The notes beneath the pieces were generated by a model, which was not told the DNA's origin, made no database searches, and worked only from the letters and a program-made list of their open reading frames with translations. Positions 12,978 to 19,536 of a DNA stretch of 34,741 nt are shown in pieces. The stretch is from Phycisphaerae bacterium (GTDB lineage Bacteria; Planctomycetota; Phycisphaerae; UBA1845; Fen-1342), in NCBI GenBank assembly GCA_020058145.1, contig JAGVEP010000409.1, forward strand, positions 1-34,741, given 5' to 3'. Both the position numbers and the translations under genes were made by a program. Numbering within the stretch: position 1 is the first letter of the stretch; each line of letters begins with the position of its first letter.

Positions 12978-14912
12978 CTACATTCGCTCGATCACCTCAA
13001 TCCCCAGCAGCCCCAAGCCGAGTCGCAGGGTTCGGGCCGCGAGGTCGCAAAGCCGCAGCCGGGACAGCCGCACCGCGTCGTCTGCGGCGAGCACCGGGCA
13101 CGATTCGTAGAAGCGCATGAAATCGGCCGCCAGTTCGTACAAGTAGGCACACAACGTGTGCGGCGTGAGGTTGCTCGCCACGTCGTCGATGGCCTCGCGC
13201 AGCCGTGCAAGGCGCAGGGCCAAGGCGCGTTCCGTGGGGTGGTCGAGGGCCAGTTTCACGTCCGGGGCATACACATCCGCCGTGCCGCCGCGGTCGACTG
13301 CCTTGCGGTAGATCGAGCGAATGCGCGTGTAGGCGTACATCATGTACGGGGCGGTATTGCCCTGCATCGCGAGCATCGTGTCCCAACTGAACACGTAATC
13401 GCCGTTGCGGTCACGGCACAGGTCAGCGTATTTCACCGCCGCGATTCCCACCCGCCGGGCGATATGGCGTCTTTCGTCGTCAGAGAGTGGCGCCGCGATT
13501 TCCCCCGCTTCGTGCCTGCGTGCCTCCGTGCCTTCGTCCCTGCTGCGAAGCAGCTCATAAGCCCGCGCTTCCGCCTCAGCGAGCAACTCCCGCAGCTTGA
13601 CGTTTTTCCCGTCGCGGGTCTTGAGCGGCCGACGGTCGCTGCCCAGCACGCTGCCATAGGTCACGTGCTCGACGCTCACGTCCGGCCCGACCCAGCCGGC
13701 CAGCCGTGCGCACTCGAAGAACATCTGGAAGTGCAGCTTCTGGCGGGCGTCCGTGACATAAATGACCCGCTGGGCGCCGCGCCCGGTCGGAAATTCCAAG
13801 TCGCGCAGGCGGAAGCGAATGGCCGCCAGGTCCGTCGTCGCGTACAGGTACGCCCCGTCCGACTTCTGAATGATCATCGGCAGATGACTGCCGTCGGGGG
13901 CCTTGAACCGCGGCTGGCCCTGCTCGTCGTACATGAACACGCACACCGCGCCCTGGTCGTCGCGCACTTCGGCCCGGAGACTGTCGCACTGGCTTCCAGC
14001 CGGTGAAAGCTCCTGCCTGAGTCCTGCCACGAGCGGTTCCAGGCGATCGTTGTAGAAGCTCTCGCCGCGCACGTCGTCCGGCGTGAGCAGTACCCCTAGC
14101 CGTGCGTAGATTTCCGTGAACGCCCGCCAGCTCTCGGCACAGATTTGCTGCCAGACGTGCCGGGCGACGGGGTCGCCGGACTGGAGCTGTCCGACGCACA
14201 GCCGGGCCTCGTCGGCAAAGGCCGGGTCCTGCTTAAACCGCTCTTGGGCCGCCCGGTAGTCGTTCTCGATCGCCTCCAGCACGTCGCCGTGCGTCGCGGA
14301 CGTGGGCAGCGGGTGCTCGCGATACCAGCGAATGAGCATGCCGAATTGCGTGCCCCAATCGCCGATGTGGTTCTGGCGGATCACGTCGTGCCCCTCGAAG
14401 GCGAGCGCGCGGGCGAACACGTCGCCGATGATCGTGCCGCGGAGATGCCCGACGTGCATCTGCTTGGCGATGTTGGGCTGCGAATACTCGACCACGACCC
14501 GCAGCGGTTGGGTCACCGGGGCCAAACCCACACGGTCGACGGGCGCGTGGGAATGTGGGAACGTGGGAACGTGGGAACAGAGTTCCGGCGCCGGAATCTC
14601 CGCCAAATGCCGTGCCAGAAACTCATTCCGCAGCCGAATGTTGATGAAACCCGGCCCGGCAACCTCCAGCGGCTCTACCACGTCGCCGAGCAGCGGCTCG
14701 ACGGCGGCCTTGATCCGCTCCGCGACCTCGCGTGGCTTGATCTTGAGGGTCTTCGCGAGCGCCATGGCGGCGTTGCACTGGTAGTCGCCGAACTGCGGGT
14801 CGCCCGCGAGCCGCAGGCCGGCGTCGGCAGGCACGGCCGTGGTACCCGCCACCTGCGCAAGCGCCGCGGCGAAGCGGGTGGAGAGCATTTGTTGCAGACT
14901 GTCGTGTTTCAT
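12978..14912 (-). CDS. argS: Arginine--tRNA ligase
   Basis: Motifs: HIGH motif region SQPNIAKQMHVGHLRGTIIGD, a KMSK-equivalent PLKTRDGKNVKL, a DALR anticodon-binding region, and the typical C-terminal ...LGLLGIEVIERM. Start taken at ATG 14912 (MKHDSLQQMLSTRFAAALAQ); the ORF-track start at 15053 adds an Arg/Pro-rich extension. Confidence 0.93.
   Translation of the reverse strand: MKHDSLQQMLSTRFAAALAQVAGTTAVPADAGLRLAGDPQFGDYQCNAAMALAKTLKIKPREVAERIKAAVEPLLGDVVEPLEVAGPGFINIRLRNEFLARHLAEIPAPELCSHVPTFPHSHAPVDRVGLAPVTQPLRVVVEYSQPNIAKQMHVGHLRGTIIGDVFARALAFEGHDVIRQNHIGDWGTQFGMLIRWYREHPLPTSATHGDVLEAIENDYRAAQERFKQDPAFADEARLCVGQLQSGDPVARHVWQQICAESWRAFTEIYARLGVLLTPDDVRGESFYNDRLEPLVAGLRQELSPAGSQCDSLRAEVRDDQGAVCVFMYDEQGQPRFKAPDGSHLPMIIQKSDGAYLYATTDLAAIRFRLRDLEFPTGRGAQRVIYVTDARQKLHFQMFFECARLAGWVGPDVSVEHVTYGSVLGSDRRPLKTRDGKNVKLRELLAEAEARAYELLRSRDEGTEARRHEAGEIAAPLSDDERRHIARRVGIAAVKYADLCRDRNGDYVFSWDTMLAMQGNTAPYMMYAYTRIRSIYRKAVDRGGTADVYAPDVKLALDHPTERALALRLARLREAIDDVASNLTPHTLCAYLYELAADFMRFYESCPVLAADDAVRLSRLRLCDLAARTLRLGLGLLGIEVIERM
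13511..13542 (+). repeat. Four tandem 8-bp units inside argS (CGTGCCTN type)
   Basis: The units are cgtgcctg|cgtgcctc|cgtgcctt|cgtccctg. On the minus strand they are translated within ...RSRDEGTEARRHEAGE..., a variable segment of ArgS. Confidence 0.85.
14547..14578 (+). repeat. Four tandem 8-bp units inside argS (GTGGGAAY type)
   Basis: The units are gtgggaat|gtgggaac|gtgggaac|gtgggaac. On the minus strand they are translated as ...CSHVPTFPHSHAP..., just N-terminal of the catalytic core (VVVEYSQPN...HVGH). Confidence 0.9.
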
Positions 14913-14913
14913 T

Positions 14914-14951
14914 GAGTTAAGAGTAGCGAATAGCGCGTAGCGAGTTAAGAG
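14914..14951 (+). repeat. TAGCGAN heptamer triplet bracketed by a 10-bp direct repeat (GAGTTAAGAG), immediately upstream of the argS start
   Basis: The sequence GAGTTAAGAG-tagcgaatagcgcgtagc-GAGTTAAGAG is present. The core at 14926-14946 (gcgaatagcgcgtagcgagtt) matches 12923-12943 at 20/21 in the same orientation. Confidence 0.8.
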
Positions 14952-15122
14952 GCCGTCCGCGGGGGACAACGACAATGCGAGGTTCGGGGGCTCGTCTTGC
15001 GGGGCGCGCGGGCGAGTCATACCATCCCCGCGGCGCGGCTTCGGCCGGCGCATGAACGCGGCGCACGCGGCTAGGAGGCGCTCCGTACACGCACGGCGGC
15101 CACAACGAGGAGTAATGGGGCC

Positions 15123-17384
15123 ATGGTGACGGTCTGGTGCATCGTCGTTTCTCTCGGATCATTGTTCTTCTTCGGATTACCGCTCGCGGCGTGGGTTGCT
15201 CGGCGCGACGAAGAGGGCGAGACCGAGACGGCGTGGCTGCTCGCACCGTTTCTCGGGCTGTCCATCATCGTCCTCGTGCTCCAGAACCTCGTGTATCTCG
15301 ATCTCCGCGTCGCCACCACGACGCCGTGGCTGTGGGGCGCGGGTGCGCTGCTGGTGCTGCTCCTCATCCTGTCCGGGCGATGGCCCCAACTCCGTAAGGC
15401 TTTCCCGCGGGATGTTTTCCTCTGCGCGCTGCTGGTCTGCGGCGTCCAGTCGGCGGGCCTGCTGATCCGCGGCGTGGACCAGTACGTAGGCAGGTTGTGG
15501 ATCGATCAGTTCACCTACACGGTGACCGCTCAATTCCTGTTGGACCAGCCGTTTAGCCTGACGTCCGAACAAGTGGGCGATCAGCCACACCTCTATAAAG
15601 CGCTGCACATCAAGCACGACCGCATTGGACAGTCCATTCACCACGCCTTCGTGGCGGCTAGTTGCGGACTGGACGCCAAACGGACCTTTGAACCCGCCAT
15701 CCTGTCGGCGTGTTTCCTCAATGTGCTCGCGCTGTTCCTACTGGCCCGCCGCGTCACCACTCGGCGCATGGCGGCCCTGTTGGCAGCCGTCGGCGGCGGT
15801 CTGCTGCCCGCCATCGCCCAAGTGCATCTGGAGAGCTTTCACTCGCAGATGCTGGCGATGCCGCTGATGTTCGCCTGGCCGGAGCTGCTTCACCGCCTGC
15901 TGCACACGCGCCGATTGGTCTGGCTGCTGCCGACCGCGGCGGTCGGCGCAGCGATGGCGAGCATCTACACCGATTACGTACCGCTGTTTGTGGGTGTCGC
16001 GGCCGTGGTCCTGGCAATCGAGCTGATTAAGCAGCGGACGTATGTAGTCACCCGCTGCGGGCTCTGCGTTGCAGTGCTTGGCCTTGCGGCGGTGCTGAAC
16101 ATCGGCTACGTCACCGACCTGACGCGGATCGTCTTTGGACGGCTGACCCAGGCGGGGGTGCTGCCCGCCATTTACCCGTGGGCGCTGCGCGGGGAGGGGC
16201 TGGCGCGCCTGTGGGTGGGCGACTTCGTCGAGGCCTGGACGGCTGGTACGCCGCGTTGGCTGGCCGCGGGAGCACTGGTGCTCACGGTAGGATTGGTGGC
16301 CGGCATCCTGTTCGATATCTGGCGGCGGCGTGACCCGGTGCTGGTCGGCGCCACGGCCCTGCTCATGTTGCCGGCACTGCTCGCCACCCGCGGGCAAGTG
16401 TACGCGTATCAGTTCTACAAGATTCTGCTGTCGGTGTGTCCGCTGCTTCCGCTGGGACTTGCGGCTTGGCATGGGGCCATCGAGGCGCGCACTACACGGT
16501 GGGGGACCGCCACCGGCCGTCTGCTCAGGGGTGTCGGCCTGGGCCTGGCGGTGATCGTTGGCGCTGCAACCACCGTTATGACCGTCCGCGCCGGGGTTGG
16601 GGAGACCGTGGCCGACATCGGCCGAGGCTTCGCGGAACACTTGCGCTACCCCGACATCCGATACCTCTGTGACTATCTCTCGCGCTTGAAAGGCGAGGAC
16701 GTTTTTATTCACAACGGCCCAGCCGTGGTCAACGGTTGGCTGGCCTACTTTGCGCGCGAGGATCGAGTGTGGCTCGGCTATCCGGAAATCTCGGACATCA
16801 GCATCGCCAACTCGCCGGGCGGGAACGTGACCTGTGCCAACCTCCCCGCGAACTTGAACGTCATCGACAGCGGCGCTCAGTACGCCTGCGGGCTCTTGTC
16901 TTCCGGCCCGTTCTTCCCCGACACGCGCACCGAATTGAAGGCCCGTGTTGATCCATTCTGCATTTGGGAGCTCCGTCGCCCGGATTGGCTCATGCTCCTC
17001 GAATGCCGATGGGGATACGGCCCCGGCGAGATAGGCAGTCACGGCTTTTGGTGTGGCGACAAACCAATCGTCATACACTTCCTGTCACCCAGCGCGGGCG
17101 AGGCGCGCATCGCCCTGCGTCTCGACGCAGGTCCGAATCTTCCGGATCCCACACGCTGTCGCTTACGCATCACGACGAACCGTGGGTACGATGCGACTGT
17201 TCCAGTTTCGCTGCCCGCGTCGATCGAGTTGCCGCTGCGCTTGGAGCGCGGTAAGACGCTGGTCACGATTACCGTCGACGATGCGCCGCGGCCCGGCCCG
17301 GCCGCGCCCGAAGACCCGAGGACCCTGATGGCCGCCGTACTGGAGATGCCGCGGTTCGTCTCCTGGACCCCTGACGCACCGTAG
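15123..17384 (+). CDS. Polytopic inner-membrane protein (>=10 predicted TM helices) with a ~270-aa C-terminal soluble domain. It is a candidate GT-C-type glycosyltransferase or glycan polymerase; function is uncertain.
   Basis: 753-aa ORF with GAGGAG 10 nt upstream of ATG 15123. Hydrophobic helices run through ~aa 480, with an acidic patch RRDEEGETE after TM1. The gene lies in a glycan-export locus. The function is inferred from topology and context only. Confidence 0.6.
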   Translation: MVTVWCIVVSLGSLFFFGLPLAAWVARRDEEGETETAWLLAPFLGLSIIVLVLQNLVYLDLRVATTTPWLWGAGALLVLLLILSGRWPQLRKAFPRDVFLCALLVCGVQSAGLLIRGVDQYVGRLWIDQFTYTVTAQFLLDQPFSLTSEQVGDQPHLYKALHIKHDRIGQSIHHAFVAASCGLDAKRTFEPAILSACFLNVLALFLLARRVTTRRMAALLAAVGGGLLPAIAQVHLESFHSQMLAMPLMFAWPELLHRLLHTRRLVWLLPTAAVGAAMASIYTDYVPLFVGVAAVVLAIELIKQRTYVVTRCGLCVAVLGLAAVLNIGYVTDLTRIVFGRLTQAGVLPAIYPWALRGEGLARLWVGDFVEAWTAGTPRWLAAGALVLTVGLVAGILFDIWRRRDPVLVGATALLMLPALLATRGQVYAYQFYKILLSVCPLLPLGLAAWHGAIEARTTRWGTATGRLLRGVGLGLAVIVGAATTVMTVRAGVGETVADIGRGFAEHLRYPDIRYLCDYLSRLKGEDVFIHNGPAVVNGWLAYFAREDRVWLGYPEISDISIANSPGGNVTCANLPANLNVIDSGAQYACGLLSSGPFFPDTRTELKARVDPFCIWELRRPDWLMLLECRWGYGPGEIGSHGFWCGDKPIVIHFLSPSAGEARIALRLDAGPNLPDPTRCRLRITTNRGYDATVPVSLPASIELPLRLERGKTLVTITVDDAPRPGPAAPEDPRTLMAAVLEMPRFVSWTPDAP

Positions 17385-17420
17385 GCGCGCGATGTCCCGA
17401 ATCCTGGCCTGGAGTTACTT

Positions 17421-18605
17421 GTGATCCGAAGGGTCGCTACCGTAGTTGCGGTCACTTGGCTGGCGGCAAGCGTCTGGGGCGCCAGCGCGCAGGGGGCTTC
17501 GGACGACGACACGTTCCTCGCTTCGATCCTGCAGATCGAATTCGACCAGCACCTCGGCGAGGATACGGGCCTCGAAGTCGATCCGGCACGCGAGCTCACC
17601 GTCGACCGCTGTGAGGCGGTATTGCGTGAGTTGCGACCCGGCGCCGTGAGCGTGTTCGCCGTCGGGCACGAGGGGTGGGCGCGGATCTTCAACACAACGC
17701 TGCCACCCCATCCCGCGCTGTCCAAAGACACGCTCGCCGTTTGGCGCGAAGCGTGCAGCCGCACCGGCACGCCTATGTATGTCTACATCAGTTCGCTCAT
17801 CAACTACAAGCTGAACCGCGAACACCCCGAATATGCCCGCCAGTTTTCCAACGGCGGCGTCGCTCCTCAGCGTCTGGATCACAACTCGGATTACGTGGAC
17901 AAGGTCCTGATCCCCTTCATCGAGACCATCCTGCAGCGCTACCACCCGGAGGGGCTCTGGCTGGACGGCGATTTCTGGAGCATTTTCCCGAGCTGGAATC
18001 CGGCCTCCGTGCGACTGTTCAAGCAGCAGACCGGTCTGGACGCTCCCAGGGATTTCGGCCATAAGAACTTCCCCGCTTTCTGGCGCTTCACGCTGGATAG
18101 CCATGCGGAATACTTGGGCCGGCTGACCAACGCCATCCGGGCGCGCGATCCGAACTGCGTGTTCGCGGTGAATGGCGCCTTCACGCTACGCCACCCGCGC
18201 GTCCCGCCGGCGTACATCGGCCGCACCAGCCTGGACCCGCCCACATTCTTCGGGTTGAGCGCCGGATGCCTGGAGGCGCGCTATGGCAACGCCCATCCGG
18301 CCACGCCGCTCGACATCGTAATTTCCGGATTCGTCGAGCCGGAGGGCGCACCCTATCCCTATCCGAAGACGGCCGTACAGCTTGCCCAGGAGGCGGCCAC
18401 GGTTCTCGCCAATGGCGGGCATCTGAAGGTGTACGTGAACCTGAGCGCCGACGGCAGGATTGATGCCGGCGACGTGCGGCGCGTCCGTGAGGCCATTCGC
18501 GAGTTCTGCCGGCCACGCCAGGAGTGCTTTGGCCCCTCTGCATCGGTACCCGACATCGCCATCCTGCACACACGCGCACTTCGACCGCACGCATCGATTG
18601 GATGA
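17421..18605 (+). CDS. Secreted glycoside-hydrolase-like (TIM-barrel-like) protein; probably the 5' part of a frameshifted gene that continues in 18598..19536
   Basis: GTG 17421 follows GGAG. The signal peptide reads MIRRVATVVAVTWLAASVWGASAQG. The motif EGLWLDGDFW resembles the catalytic-barrel motif of GH29/GH42-like enzymes (weak recognition). The C-terminus ...VPDIAILHT aligns with ...ADVGILIT of the downstream paralog, where the chain continues. Confidence 0.6.
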   Translation: MIRRVATVVAVTWLAASVWGASAQGASDDDTFLASILQIEFDQHLGEDTGLEVDPARELTVDRCEAVLRELRPGAVSVFAVGHEGWARIFNTTLPPHPALSKDTLAVWREACSRTGTPMYVYISSLINYKLNREHPEYARQFSNGGVAPQRLDHNSDYVDKVLIPFIETILQRYHPEGLWLDGDFWSIFPSWNPASVRLFKQQTGLDAPRDFGHKNFPAFWRFTLDSHAEYLGRLTNAIRARDPNCVFAVNGAFTLRHPRVPPAYIGRTSLDPPTFFGLSAGCLEARYGNAHPATPLDIVISGFVEPEGAPYPYPKTAVQLAQEAATVLANGGHLKVYVNLSADGRIDAGDVRRVREAIREFCRPRQECFGPSASVPDIAILHTRALRPHASIG

Positions 18606-19536
18606 GATTCACGGCGCGGCTTTGGCCGTCCTGCGCAGCAATCGGCACTGCGACATTCTCGACGACGCTACCTTCTGCCGCCGGGCCGGGGAGTACTCGC
18701 TTGTGGTCGTTCCAGAGCAGGGCGAGCTCTCGGATGCGGTCCTCGCGACACTGGATCGTTTCGTCCGACGTGGCGGTGGACTGGTCGTGTCGCTGCCATC
18801 CGGTCTGGAAGGGGCGGATTGCGAGCGACTGCTGGCACCGTCCGACCAGAACGCAACTCCGGCACGAGTAGCGGTCCAGCCAGCGCTCGCGCAACTCCTG
18901 CCGCTCGAACCGGTCCGCCAGGTGTGGACCGCGGCTCGGATGAGCACTCCGGCCGGGCCTGTGGGGGTGCCGGCCGGTTGGTTCGAAGTGCAGCGGCGTG
19001 GAATGGCGTCGGACCCTGCTGTGCCGGCAGACCTGGGCGTGGTGACCACGCCATCGGCCGACAGGGGTTGGCCGGGACAACTGCATTTTCCCGTTGAACG
19101 GGGACGAGTCGCCGTGTTTACCGCCCCGGTGTTTCGGAGCTTCAGTGAGGGTCCCGACCCGCGCTTGCGGGCACTGATTGACGGTGCGCTGGAGTGGGCG
19201 CGCGGTCGTGCTGCGCCGCTGCGTGTGGTGGCCCCCCCGTGGATCGAGGTGAGTTGGCGGCGGTCGGCCGAAGGTGAGATCATTCACCTGGTGAATCACG
19301 CCCGGGGCTCCGAGGCGCGTCCCCGCAGCCCGGTCGTTGAGTACGTTCCTCTGGCCAACCAGGTGCGCGTAGAACGCGAGCTGCCGCGGCCACCGCGGGC
19401 GGTGCGCTTGGTTCCGTCGGATGCCGGCGAGATACACAGCGAATGGGCTGACGGTCTATTGCGCGTGACGTTGCCTGCCGTTGCGGTTCACGCCGCGCTG
19501 CTGCTCGAGTGGTCGGAGCCGGAGAGTCAGCCGTGA
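18598..19536 (+). CDS. C-terminal part of the glycoside-hydrolase-like protein (GH42-trimerisation/GATase-like domain + beta-sandwich). It is either a separate gene starting at TTG 18598 or the continuation after a +1 frame change near 18567-18579.
   Basis: The coding-like sequence in this frame begins at about ...HAHFDRTHRLDEIHGAALAVLRSNRHCDILDD...YSLVVVPEQGELSDAVLATLDRFVRRGGGLVV. This is paralogous to LLERLQYAVVLLDE...CLIVPNPTFYPVKLWRRLQGYVERGGRLIVV in 19533..22106. The part of the ORF upstream of 18570 looks non-coding. Confidence 0.6.
   Translation: MDEIHGAALAVLRSNRHCDILDDATFCRRAGEYSLVVVPEQGELSDAVLATLDRFVRRGGGLVVSLPSGLEGADCERLLAPSDQNATPARVAVQPALAQLLPLEPVRQVWTAARMSTPAGPVGVPAGWFEVQRRGMASDPAVPADLGVVTTPSADRGWPGQLHFPVERGRVAVFTAPVFRSFSEGPDPRLRALIDGALEWARGRAAPLRVVAPPWIEVSWRRSAEGEIIHLVNHARGSEARPRSPVVEYVPLANQVRVERELPRPPRAVRLVPSDAGEIHSEWADGLLRVTLPAVAVHAALLLEWSEPESQP

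Noticed and set aside
12913-14951. Direct repeats flanking argS as att-like ends of a mobile island
   Set aside because: The enclosed DNA is just an essential housekeeping gene with no integrase or mobility genes, and the repeats are themselves short tandem heptamers. A dispersed or regulatory repeat is more plausible than island boundaries.
14913-15053. 47-codon N-terminal extension of argS (ORF-track start 15053)
   Set aside because: The extension is Arg/Pro-rich and runs through the heptamer repeat block. ArgS homology begins at MKHDSLQQML (ATG 14912).
18980-18987. tRNA T-loop-like GGTTCGAA
   Set aside because: It lies inside a coding region with no flanking acceptor, D or anticodon arm complementarity. 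No tRNA is called.
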